Source: Lytechinus pictus (Eukaryota). Taken from it: a stretch of 64,000 nt of DNA. Shown piece after piece: positions 11,401 through 22,950 of the stretch (position 1 is the stretch's first letter; every line of letters begins with the position of its first letter). The notes beneath the pieces are model-generated. The model worked only from the letters and a program-made list of their open reading frames with translations. It was not told the origin of the DNA and made no database searches. Made by a program: the position numbers and the translations under genes. Location: contig NC_087246.1 of assembly GCF_037042905.1 (NCBI RefSeq), positions 12,090,001-12,154,000 on the forward strand, in the 5' to 3' direction.

Positions 11401-14400
11401 GGGACAAGAAAAAAAAAACAATAACACGACCGGGCTGCTGATGATTGAAATTAAAGAGCGGGAAGAAAGATGGACTGCATACAACATTGTGCTATAAGCT
11501 TGCTAAATTTTATGCAAATAAGCTACTGGGGCTTTGCCCCAGACCCCATGCAGTCGGGGGCTCTTCATCTATAACCTTCAAATGGCTCTATAATGCCCCC
11601 GTTCAATCACTGGAATACAGGAGGAGGGGGGGGGGGGTCGTGGTTCCACACCCAAGAGGAAATAAAAAAAATTATAGGAGACAATGTATAATGAAAAGAA
11701 TGGAAACAATGAAATGTGTTATTTGCTGAATATAATGGAAAAATCTATCACATAATTAGAATTTAATTTCAGTAGGCAATTTTTTTCCAGCTCGCTTTGC
11801 ACGCTGGCGACTTTTTACAAAATTTTTCCACATTGCTATGTTTTGCCCCCTCAAAATATTTGGTTCATTATGCAACTGGGTTTAATAAATGTGTTGTGTA
11901 AAAGCTATATTCTGTATATGCCGGCGATTTGATTAAAATTGCGGAAATCTGCGAGGTTTAAATGGCTTTGATATCAAGAAGTTCCGGGAACCCGCCCCGG
12001 ACCCCAAACGCGTATGGAAGGGTTGGGCCATGGCCCCAAAAAGTTCTACAGACAAGAACAACAAAAAAAGGAGGAAAGAAAAGCAAAGGAAAATTGAAGG
12101 ATATGATTTTAATTACTGAAAATAATGTCAAACAATAGCTCAAAGTTAGATTCTCATGAAAAGTTGATATTTTTTCTCGCTCGCTTCGCTCGCTCGGGAC
12201 GTATATATAAAGCAGCTTTTTAGCACATGTGCTATACTGCGCCCCTCGTTGTTTTTTTGTTTTGTTTTTTACTCTTCACGCTACTGCCGCAAAGAATCCT
12301 GTTCACAGTGGCGTGCAGACCACCGTGACAAAAAAGGAATCTAAAGAGAGAAGAATGAAATATATTATTCTCTGGATATCATGTCAAAATCTATCACAAA
12401 ATCTGATTTTTGTATCAAAAAGGTGAAAAATTTTGCTCGCTCGCAACTTTTTTTAAAGATATATTCTAGCCTTCTCAAAATAGTTGCCTCATTACACCAT
12501 TACGCCTGTTCATACCATGATATGACCGGGAAATTTTTGGCTCTTGCCCCCCCTGGCCACCGACCCCTGTTATGCCGCTGAGTGGGTGGAGACATGGTTG
12601 CCATGGTAACCATATTTTTGTGGAGAATTTGGTAAAACCTGTAACTTCTGCTTTTTTTCCAGTTTGTCATAACAGTTGGCACACAGAAGCAATATTAGAA
12701 GGTGAAGCGAAGATGCCTATCATTTTTGGTGGGGGGTCTTAGAGTTAGGTTTACAAAATACATCCAGATTAATCTATATTTGTATTCCCCAACAGGTGAT
12801 ACTGGACAATACTTTAGGTTCTGCAGAGTCACGCTGCTGCGTCATATTATTGTCATCAAATTTGGTACCAACAGGCAAAATGTGGGCAGGGTCATTGTTG
12901 CCATGATAACTGTATTTATTTGTCAAATTTCTGTGTGAGCTCTATATATAGCAATGACGGATGACCTGATGGGTTAGGGGGATACATGTGCTCGGCCGCG
13001 CGACCCGCCGAGCATTTCTAGATGATTATGGACTAATCATGGATTACAATAATTATTATTATTATTATTATTATTAAACATCTATTTTGTAAGTGTTTAT
13101 CCTTGATGATACCTTGGTCCAGATATCAACCAGGTGAAGACAATCAAAGGTCTTGCTCTTCAAGACATCCTAATAGAAGTACATACATATGTACACAGAA
13201 GTGAGTACAGTACTTATTGCATGGGGGGGGGGGGCAGCTGAATCAGTCCAGTGATACATTATCTGTATGGATAAGAAAAAATTGTTCACATACGATGATG
13301 CTAAAAGGGAAGATGTATGGTGTCTTTGTAGATAGTGATAGAGAAATATTCACTTGTCACTCATAGATGCAAACTAAATGATTATGATGTTTTGATCATT
13401 GCCCAGTTTGCTACTTAGTGTGAGAACTGATTATTTCTTTACCACGCAGCATGATACTAATGATGATGATAATGAAATGTTTTATGTAGCATATATCATA
13501 AAAATGAATTAAAGCCCTATGCGTTCAGAAAAAAAGTGGAATAGAATGATAGGGCAGTGCCACATAGGGAGAAGAATACTCTGAAATAAAACATACAAAT
13601 TTATTAGAATGAAAGAGTTGTGTCTTCAAGAGATTCTTAAAATACACCACTGTATCAGCCTGTCTAAGAATATTGGGGAGCTTATTCCACAGATCTATGG
13701 CAGCTTCTTTGAAATGATCATGTACCACAGAAATGCATGCACAATGAATGGAAAGCTATATTGTATCATTGATCTACCTCTTCCGTTTCATTGATATTTT
13801 GTTTAATTTATTAATAAATATATTCTAAATGCGTCTCCAAAATAGCTGAAATGTTTGGACCAAACATTTGTTTGTAGTTCCATACATGTTCATCTTTGTG
13901 CATAAAGTGATTCACAGAAAAATACAGACCTATTGTAATAATTTTGGTGGTTTTGTGATTCCAAAATCTTACACATGCACTAATTCATTGATAATCAAAA
14001 TTATCCAGTCGGTAAAGACTGTTTCTTTCTCTTTCCTCATCAACAGGACCCTGTAACATAAAAGATACAATCAATTACACAAATACTTGTAACTAAGTCT
14101 TTTGCATACCATGTGCAAAACAGTTACAATCAATCTCAGCATATCTGTTTATTTTATACCTCCTAGTCCTTGTATTTTTTTAAAGTGATATTTACTTATC
14201 TTTAACAATCAACATAGTTAGTTTCTTACATACTGGTGCCAGATTCTGACATTGTGCTGCATGTATTTATTCAAAATTATTTTTTGATGTACTCATACAA
14301 GGGCTTGTGAATGGTACATGAATGTATATTTAACACAGTTGTATTTTGTTCATGTTCCAGTTGAATTTCCACAGAAGGTCCGGATATACCTCTTGGACAA

Positions 14401-14868
14401 GATGTCTGATATTGAGTAAGTTCCAAAAGTCATTCAAATTAATCTGAACTGAATGTGGAAGCCATCGGTGCCAATTTCATTTTTTATTTTAAGAGATACA
14501 TTTACTGTCCCATTGTTTAAAAGAAAAATAATAAGTCCCTGTTATGGTAGATATTAAAATTACTGCCCACACAGATTCATATGTTTTGAACAACTTAATA
14601 ACACAAAAGATAATGACTTCTTATGATCTGATAATCATATATAGATTGCAGTATATGTTGTATTACTACCTTAAACTTGTTCATACTAGAGAGATATGTA
14701 TTCCTCGTACATTTATCGCTTTATGTATTCAGATTGGAATATTATTTACTTGTCTTTTTCATTGTTTGTAGGTATCGACTAGCAGCAGGAACCAGCGAAA
14801 AACTGCAGCTCGGATCTCTGGTAGCAGCCTTCCAAAATGCACGAGACATGGTAGCAGCAGAGGCATGA
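5373..14868 (+). CDS. RFC5: Replication factor C subunit 5 (clamp loader AAA+ ATPase); 9 secure coding exons, first exon uncertain
   Basis: Exons 5373-5437, 5999-6135, 6796-6949, 7590-7749, 8670-8751, 9289-9418, 13123-13200, 14361-14415 and 14772-14868 splice in frame through GT-AG introns. The product has (W)VEKYRP, Walker [19 protein letters not shown], Walker B VILDEAD, the SRC motif (LQSRC), GDMRR and the C-terminus [23 protein letters not shown], matching RFC5 as I recall it. Confidence 0.96.
5515..5925. repeat. Degenerate (GAT/GGT)n trinucleotide microsatellite in an RFC5 intron
   Basis: Direct inspection; lies between exons 5437 and 5999. Confidence 0.92.
5999..6135 (+). CDS. RFC5: RFC5 exon with Walker A ([16 protein letters not shown])
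   Basis: ttgcag acceptor, gttggt donor, phases consistent with neighbours. Confidence 0.95.
6796..6949 (+). CDS. RFC5: RFC5 exon with LNASDDRG and Walker B (ILDEAD)
   Basis: ctcttag acceptor, gtaaga donor. Confidence 0.95.
7590..7749 (+). CDS. RFC5: RFC5 exon with sensor-1 and SRC arginine finger
   Basis: ccacag acceptor, gtaaga donor; [21 protein letters not shown]. Confidence 0.95.
8670..8751 (+). CDS. RFC5: RFC5 exon with sensor-2 ([11 protein letters not shown])
   Basis: ttgcag acceptor, gtgtgt donor. Confidence 0.95.
9289..9418 (+). CDS. RFC5: RFC5 exon ([21 protein letters not shown]...FTAAFN)
   Basis: ttgtag acceptor, followed by the U12-type donor gtatcctt. Confidence 0.93.
10007..11038 (+). 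repeat. Tandem array, ~156-bp unit, about 7 copies
   Basis: Anchor cagctgcatt recurs at 10025, 10181, 10338, 10494, 10641 and 10801. The array resumes at 12581 after an insertion. Confidence 0.92.
11039..12580. mobile_element. hAT-like non-autonomous element inserted into the tandem array
   Basis: TIRs cagtggcgtaaaagg / cctgttatgccgctg; perfect 8-bp TSD agtgggtg at 11031-11038 and 12581-12588. Confidence 0.85.
13123..13200 (+). CDS. RFC5: RFC5 exon ([25 protein letters not shown])
   Basis: KGLALxDIL motif, gtgagt donor. Confidence 0.93.
13450..13728 (-). mobile_element. 3' fragment of an L2/CR1-group LINE
   Basis: Remnant ORF2 C-terminus [34 protein letters not shown], followed by a 3' UTR and a (CAT/TAT)n-like tail. 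Confidence 0.7.
14361..14415 (+). CDS. RFC5: RFC5 exon ([18 protein letters not shown])
   Basis: ttccag acceptor, gtaagt donor. Confidence 0.93.
14772..14868 (+). CDS. RFC5: RFC5 last coding exon ([17 protein letters not shown]...AEA*)
   Basis: ttgtag acceptor, TGA stop. AATAAA at 14874-14879 and again near 17630. Confidence 0.95.
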
Positions 14869-15434
14869 AACTGAATAAAATGGAATTGATTGCAGGGGGG
14901 GGGGGGCACAAATTTTATTATGATTGGGATGTGCCTCACAAAACCTCAGAATCGGGTCTAAGAACTGACAACAAGGTGTAAAATACAGGGTCTTGGGACC
15001 TATGATCTATTGGGCAGATTTATATGTGATTATCTAGTGAACCCTCTTGGCCTATGTATATTCATTAGCTGCAGACAATACCTTGCCCTTGCTTACCCAG
15101 ACATCAAAGCTTCACATCCTCGTACCACCTTACACATAAGAGGAATTGAGTGCCTTTGAAGGGGAATTCCACCTTGGTAAGAAAATTGTGTGAAAAAAGA
15201 AAATATGAAAGAAAGAATAAACTTTAAAAGATATTGGCAAGGAGTAAGGAAGTTATAGCTGTTTGAATAAAGAGATCACTAACACTACATTAATCTCAGA
15301 TTGAAAATTTGGTAAATTCTGTGGGGGACAACTCCCTTTTATTGTATACTTATACTATTTGTCTGGATTTTGTTATTTTCTCCTAAGTACTTATATCCCT
15401 TGGGTTAGTAATCAAATCTAATATAGATGATATA

Positions 15435-16253
15435 CAGTGCGTCCCAGAAAAAACGAAACCGAGATTTAGCGATGATTTATCATAACTTAATCATAAATAA
15501 AATAAACAAATGACCTACCAATGTAAAGCTTAGAATCTCCTCTTTCATCTGATATTACTTAGATAATTCCTCATACACGCATGAGTGAGCAAAAACAATT
15601 TGAAGAAAGGATACCAAAAACTCATTTGGTGGGGGGTATCTGAATTTCAAAGAGAAAATCACATGACTGAAAAGTTCAATATCTGCTCTTTTATTTGATA
15701 CCTTAATCACAGAAAATGGTCAAGAAGTAAAAAAGTTATGATCCCTCGAAACAATGCTTGTATTTCCATAATTTCATTAAATAAACGTGTTTTCACTGGC
15801 TTCCCACAGAAGCTATCGCACGGTAACAAAAGACTTAATGCATGGCTGATCGTCAACAAAACGGAATGTCGAGAGAGTTTGAACGCTAACCTGTAAAACC
15901 TCTTCATTTTATGAAATTATTGAAATTCAAGCCTTATTTCAAATAACCAGAACTTTGTTATTTCTTGACCATTTTCTGTAATTGAGGTATCAAATTAAAG
16001 AGCAGATATTGAACTTTTTAATCATGTGGTTTTCTTTTTAAAACCCAGATACGGCCCGCCAAATGAGTTTTTGGTATCCTTTCTTCAAATTGTTTTTGCT
16101 CACTCATGCGTGAATGAGGAATTATTTAAGTAATACCAGATGAAAGAGGAGATTCTAAGCTTTAAAATGGTAGGTCATTTGTCTATTGTATTTGTGATTA
16201 AGTTATGATAAATCATCGATAAATCTCGGTTTCGCTTTTTGTGGGACGCACTG
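15435..16253. mobile_element. Tc1/mariner-like foldback MITE with ~300-bp TIRs
   Basis: TA|cagtgcgtccca...tgggacgcactg|TA; arms ~15435-15737 and ~15951-16253 are near reverse complements. Confidence 0.9.
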
Positions 16254-16369
16254 TATTGTCATATGATCTCATTAAAGAAAGAAATATTTGGAACAAATGG
16301 AGGAGACCTTTCATCACAATGAAATGACTATGCCTGCACTTTGGAAGCCCACAGAACTGCCAACAACTT

Positions 16370-16931
16370 ACAAGTCAACCCATCAAAAGTGGATTTGAAT
16401 AAAGAGAGATAAAAATCAGACAAGCATAAAGCTTGACATTTCTTCAAAATTGGAAGTAAAATCAGAAAGTTAGGACATCTTAAAGTTTTGCTTTTTTCAC
16501 ATAACAGTTATATACACAACACGGTTTACAATGTAGATGAGAGTTGATGATGTCACACACTATTGTATTTTATTATATGGAACAAGTTATTTCCATTTTT
16601 GTAGATTTGACAATGAAGAAACATCTTCATTGAACCACAATAGGTTGCAACAATGGCTGTCCAGCATATTCTTGGAGGTATCAAACCTTGTTTCTAATTA
16701 TAATGAGGAAAAACTTCAGATATTACATATTCCTATAATAGATATTTTTTTAAAATGTGAGTGGGTGATGTCATCGGTTCCCCATTTGCATACCAACAAA
16801 GATGTGTTTTGTGAAAATTAAGCAAAATTTTAGAATGTCATAACTTCCATATTTCCATGTGCATTTGAATGAAATTTTAGCGGCATGGTAATTAGATATT
16901 TTTTTTCTTTTTATCCAAATTCACATTTTGT
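16370..16931. mobile_element. Degenerate MITE (probably TTAA/Kolobok-like)
   Basis: Imperfect inverted ends caagtcaacccatcaaaagtggatttgaataaa / tttatccaaattcacattttgttggggtgcacttg; a related remnant lies at ~34200-34320. Confidence 0.55.
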
Positions 16932-18364
16932 TGGGGTGCACTTGCCCTTGAAAAATTAATTTTTTATTGTTTGATTTAATTTATTTTTCTGCTTTACGTT
17001 TCCCGCATTTTCATACTACTTTCAATTTTGGTTTGATAATCCTTTAAATTGTATTGGAAGTACGTTTATGTCATGATTCACTTGCTTGATTTCTATTCTG
17101 GAAAAAAATCAATTCCTCTGACTTGGAAGAATCCAGTTCTTGTTGTAGCTGGACTCTACTTTTATTTGTATTATATATATTTCTTTGAAAAATATGATAC
17201 AACCTAGATTTCAGCAGTACATGAAAAAATCAGAGAAATACATAAAGTATACATTTAATTTTTTTTTTTTTTTTTTTTTTTTTAAGTAAATGATGAGCAT
17301 GAGATAATACATTATTTTCTTAAAGGAAACTAGTCCTTTAAATTGATTTTGTTTGTGTCCTTGAAATTTTGATGTTTCTGGAAGGATTTCTAAACTTTAA
17401 ATTGAAAAAAAAGAAGCAGATATTAAATAAAACATTGTCACAACTTGCTTTGTAATTATTGCAAGAACATAATACAAGTTTAATAAGAAAATATATTGTG
17501 TTATCACTGTTAAGTAATATGAAGAAACAAACCAAAACAAATGAGAAAACTAATATCTATAGGCCAGACTCTGCTACAGGTTCAAAGGTCATGTGGTGAT
17601 TGCATTGTATATTGTGTACATAGCACTTCAATAAAGAAATTTTGTATGTAAACAAAGTTGATACATGTTTTTTCTGATGTCAGTATTTTGTGTCTTTGTG
17701 ATTCTTGTTTGGACACGTTCTGATGCTAAAGCGCACTAGAGTCTTAAAGTTAGTTTTCATTCAAAGACCATTATTCATTTTTTTTTTTTCAGTAAACCTT
17801 CAGATTTAGAGTTAAAAAACTTAACCCATTACTTATAAAACTCTTTCATTAAATCTTTAAATGTGCACAATTATGAATATTCATATATTATTACCATTTA
17901 TTGCAGTAGTCTAATTTGGTTGGTAATTGTTTTCATGACAAAGATATAAATGTCTGTGGTTACAGACTAGTCATAGATTACTTGTGAGTGAAAGAGGTTG
18001 TGAAGTGGATGTAATTTCCTGTAAGTCGTTTGATTCAAGCTATCCTTTGTTTCGCATCTTCAACTTTGCCTTTAACAACCCAACGGTTATTTCTCCTTTT
18101 TTCTATCCTTTTATTTTGAAAACAGAAAACTAGGTATAATTACGAGTTGTGGACCATCAAACTTGCGTTTCATTGCACAGATTGTCTTGAAAGCATATAG
18201 TGAACTTGGTCAAATTTATCATTACACTATGATTAAATAGGAATATTGTTACATCAGGGGTTGATTGCCAGTACTACTGATTGCATGAAAGATCTTTACA
18301 AGGATTGTCTTATTATGGTGCGCTGAATGAGGTGCAATTTTTAAAACAATTATAAATAAACGGG

Positions 18365-18955
18365 GTGGGTCCATAAGGCTGATTTTTCTCATAGCCTATT
18401 TGTATTCAAAATATTTATTGATAAATTTCAAGTTCAACCGTAGTCGTTTCCAGGTTCATAATTAATTGTAATATGGATTAAACCTGTGCTAAGCCAAGGG
18501 CTAAAATATGTTCAGCATCATTAAAATGACATGAAGCAAGTCATATAGAGTGATGCAACCAAGCATCCTCAGGATGCTACATTGGGCAAATGTAAGCAAT
18601 TGAAAGCATTTAATGATAAGCTCAAACCACTTAAATGGTAAGGGGGAGGGTTCTTCCCCCAGGAATTACATAGTACACCACGAACTGATGAATTCTAGTT
18701 TTTATAGTATAAATCCAGACATGGATTTAAATCATTTGATATTTTAAAACAAATCCAAGGATTTACATGATCTAATTTGAGTGGTCTGATCTCGATTTAT
18801 GACTTAAAACCATTAAGTTTGAACTAAGTCTTTAAAAAGCATACCCACAAATTCAACATACTAATGCCTATGGTATTAATCTTACATCGATGTATAAAAA
18901 CAACTGAAAAAAGAAAATATGATAAGAGAAAAAAATCAGCCTTGTTTGAAGACCT
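18365..18955. mobile_element. Old MITE remnant
   Basis: Inverted ends aaggctgatttttctc / gagaaaaaaatcagcctt. Confidence 0.4.
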
Positions 18956-19058
18956 TTCATAAACTAATGAAAATTGAGCTCACTTTTAAATCAATGTTCA
19001 TATACATCATTTATAATTAACGACTTTTTTCACTTTAACAGATGCAGGAAATTTATTA

Positions 19059-19871
19059 AACAAGTGGAACGCCTCTGGCAGTCTCGCCTGCATTACGCAA
19101 TTTAATATAGCAGCAGTGCTAACTTTGAAAACTACTATAAAATAATCATTCACAAAAACATCATTCATATAATGACATAATACCACGTTCATTGACCATA
19201 AATGACATTTGAACAGAGACTGTCAACTACACCCATGTCCACATTTCATTCACTCTATCCATAAACTTTCAAAGTTATGATGGCACTTCAACAATCACCC
19301 CAACATGGCCTAAGTTTATTGACCTTAACTGACCTTTGACTTGGTTTTGTGACCTGAAACTCACAGGGGGTGTATAGTGATACTTGATTACTCTTATATC
19401 CCAAGTTTTATGAACTAGATCCATAAACTTTCAGTTATGATGGTAATTCAACAAATACCCCCAACACGGCCAAAGTTCATTGACCTTTAATGACCTTTGA
19501 CCATGGTCATGTGACCTGAAACTCGCACAGGATATTCAGTGGTACTTGATTAACCTAATGTCCAAGTTTCATGAACTAGATCCATAAATTTTCAAAGTTA
19601 TGATAGTAATTCAACAAATACCCTCAACTTGACCAAAGTTCATTGACCCTAAATGACCTTAGACCTTGGTCATGTGACCTGAAACTCAGGCAGGATGTTT
19701 AGTAATACTTGATTAACCTTATGTCCAAGTTTCATGAACTAGGTCCATATACTTTCTAAGTTATTATGTCATTTCAAAAACTTAACCTTAGGTTAAGATT
19801 TGATGTTGACGCCGCCGCCGCCGTAAAAGCGGCGCCTATAGTCTTGCTCTGCTATGCAGGCGAGACAAAAA
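19059..19871 (-). mobile_element. HINE/DINE-1-like element, second family, with ~162-bp internal repeats
   Basis: Subterminal IR gtctcgcctgcat / atgcaggcgagac; (GCC)n; gtgacctgaaactc recurs at 19349, 19511 and 19674; T-rich insertion site. Confidence 0.8.
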
Positions 19872-22177
19872 CCGCATCATAATAAATCGGCAAAACACGA
19901 TAACTCTGTCCTTGCAAAGATTCTTTCATGCAATCACCTCTTGATCTCTTCATACTGATTTCTTTATTTTAAATTATTTTCTTACCATTTGCATGTTTCT
20001 ATGTCTGCCCCATTCCCTCTCATTTCCTATCTTTTCTATCACTCTTCAATACTATGTTAACATCCAAGTACCGCGCCCTCTTAAAATTCTTGCGTCCAGC
20101 AACATAAAAATTAAGAATATCGATAAACAAATATAATTTTCATATCTTTGCAGTTTATTTCCAAATTCCCTCATTCACAAAGAGTACAATAACCTCTGTT
20201 GGAGCAAACATGTGTGAAAAGGACATCATAATTGTAACAAGTTTACATGTAGTCTCATTCACACACTTCATTATGGATGCAACATTTTCTTGTTCAAGCT
20301 GCAAAATACGTAATTACTATATATTTTTTACTTTTTAAGTGGGGGTGATAGCAAGAGAGCTATTGTAAAGCTAAAATCAATTCTAAAATTCAACTTTTTT
20401 TTATAAAGGATGCACAATTAACTTAAGTCATCAATTTCAATAGGTTCTAGAATTCTTATATGGCAAAGTATTCTCTTGTAAAATGTACATGTAGGTAGAA
20501 CATTAATAGTGGATAAATAGATGAAAGAATATAAAAAACAGCAAAACTAAAAATGTATAAAACTTAAAACAAAATATTAATGTAATTCAACCCTTGCATT
20601 GATAGAACTAGTCTGTATCACACTCAATTGGAGTGAACCTTTCTATGCAAAAATGGATGGAATCCACTGAATGATAAAAGAGGAATTTTGGAAGATTTTG
20701 TATCAAACATATGTTGTTTGAAAGACTGCAATTTTAACAGGAAGAGGGGAAAAATAAATTTGTACTGATAAATAAATTAAAACAAAATGTAGAAACACAT
20801 ACACTGGTAAAATTTAAAGTCAGATAAATTGCATAGATCAAATAAGACAGATGAAAATGGTAAATGTGTCTAAACTACAATCATCCCTGCTTGCTACATG
20901 TAAATTAATTATAGAAAACGATTAAGTGTAGAAAATAGTAATTTGGATTAAGAGTTCTTTTTCTTTAATGCTAGAAGTGAAATTCCACTTGCTGCTATCA
21001 AAATATGATTTTGGTAAAAGCAATGATTATGCATGGGAACACAGCTTACTGAAATTTCATGAATATTCGTTCATAAGATGAAATAATCCAAGGGCTGACT
21101 GCACAATCAAGTCCTTTCATACCTAATTGTTGATTTTTTTTTGTGCGTGTGAATATCACGAACGTCACTGGATCAACTTACCAGAACAATAGGGGTAGAC
21201 AAGGGTGTGTCAACAATATGGTTGAATGGGCATGTTTACACATGTCTGTGTTTCAACATACTTGCGACATTTATTTTCACCAGGCATAACAGATCATACA
21301 GCAAGTTACAGCAAGTTACTTGCTGGGATATCTGTTATGCCTGGTTAAAATAAAAGTAGCAACAGCATGTGAATATTACACACACACACACATAATAGTG
21401 AAATAAATAAATCTTCAAGGAGAGTTGAAAGAAACATGAAATCAATTGCAATTTTTTTTTCAATCCAAAATCAATTAGTAGCATGTTTGCAATTGATACC
21501 TAGGCTCTGTAACAAAACTTGAAGACAAGTTATTCAATTAACATCCCAATCCCACAATGTCTTCTTGATATATGCCCTCTGTGAAATATGTAGAGTTGTT
21601 GACCAGCCATGAGAAATCTACTCAAAGTTAACAGTGGCACAGTCAAATTTCTACCACACATAATATGTACAGGTATGAATTAACAAGACAAATTACTAGT
21701 TGAACATACAAATGAAGACATACTTTTTCTTTTGAGGTAAAATGATCAAGATGTGTAAGAAGACAGTACGGATTTTAAATTCCTGAAAGTGTAAAATATG
21801 ATTAGAATTTCGGAATGCTTAATATTTCTTCCAGAAAACATTTAATAGTGGAATAAGGATTCAATGATCTTGCATTATTCATAAATTCATATAGAAAATT
21901 TTGAGTGAAATTGTGTAAATATTGTGAATAAAATTACAGTGTAATATCCATAGGATACATATACAGGAATATTACAATTAAAATAATTAGTCTACATGTA
22001 CATGTATCGACATAAATTTAGGGAAAATAAATGAGTTTCTAATAGTCATGCTATTCCTTAAAAATCTCTGCCAGAGAAGTAGCCATAGTATATAGTAAAA
22101 ACATTTGAAATGATGTCCTTTTTCATATATACAGTGAATCGTATTTTCTGAGTTGAATTATATCATGTTGATGTAAT

Positions 22178-22477
22178 GGCCTGTATTCTAAAAGCCAGTT
22201 CAATATAGACCATGGTATAAATCTGTGCTAAAAGTATGGGTAGCCTAAAATCTGAAAATCTTGTTTACATTGAATGACCCTTATCTTTACTTTTTAATTT
22301 CTTCATGCTTTAATGGTGATGAAAACTATATTAGTTATTATTCCAAGACAGTTTTGAACAATTTCAGAGTCTAAGCAGCTTATTAACTAAAAATGTACTG
22401 TTAGAAACATGTTTCACATTTGGCTATGAAAGTTCCAAACCACAACTTTAAATTAAGCCAGAATTCACAATCAGACC
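22178..22477. mobile_element. Degenerate PIF/Harbinger-like MITE
   Basis: Imperfect inverted ends ggcctgtattctaaaa / gaattcacaatcagacc. Confidence 0.4.
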
Positions 22478-22653
22478 ATTGTGTTTCTAGTTAGCCTCCT
22501 TACCCTTAAATTAAGAATCCCCAAAATGTATGCAAAATGAATGAGCTAAGGGAGAGAGGATCATTTATGCATAAAATTGATTACACCTTTGAATTATCAC
22601 GAATCTTGTAATTGATGTCTAACAGTACAGGTTTTGTAATAAAAGAAAATTAG

Positions 22654-22950
22654 AAATCCCTAAATTGGCAACAAATCAGGAAATGAAATCACTGCTTGGG
22701 CTTTTCAAAAAGAAAATATTTGATTTTTAAATCCCTAAATTGGCAATGAATTGGGAAACAAATTCACTGCTTGGGATTTTTAAATAGAAAATATTTGATT
22801 TTGAAATCCCTAATTTGGCAACAAATCAGGAAATGAAAGAATTGCTTGGGATTTTCAAAAAGAAAATGATATTTGACTTTGAAATCCCTAAATTGGCAAT
22901 GTTGGGAAATAAATTACTTCTTGGAATTAAAATCTTCAAATAAGAAAATT
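22654..22950. repeat. Minisatellite, ~75-bp unit x ~4, alternating variants
   Basis: aaatccctaa(a/t)ttggcaa at 22654, 22729, 22804 and 22882. Confidence 0.85.

Larger units (their letters stand above)
9923..13021 (+). mobile_element. Helentron-associated non-autonomous element (HINE/DINE-1-like) with ~156-bp tandem array
   Basis: Perfect 14-bp subterminal IR tgtatccccctaac (9927-9940) / gttagggggataca (12973-12986); 5' partial IR; (CCG)-like microsatellite; 3' hairpin tgctcggc..gccgagca followed by tttctag. Confidence 0.8.
9419..13122 (+). other. U12-type (minor spliceosome) GT-AG intron of RFC5
   Basis: 5' end GTATCCTTTT. Branch-point-like TCCTTGAT at 13100-13107 shortly before the AG at 13121-13122. 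No polypyrimidine tract. Flanking exons join in frame. Confidence 0.88.

Noticed and set aside
13021-13041. Second short imperfect palindrome (atgattatggactaatcatg) as a P-like footprint
   Set aside because: No flanking duplication can be demonstrated, and the left side abuts the HINE end.
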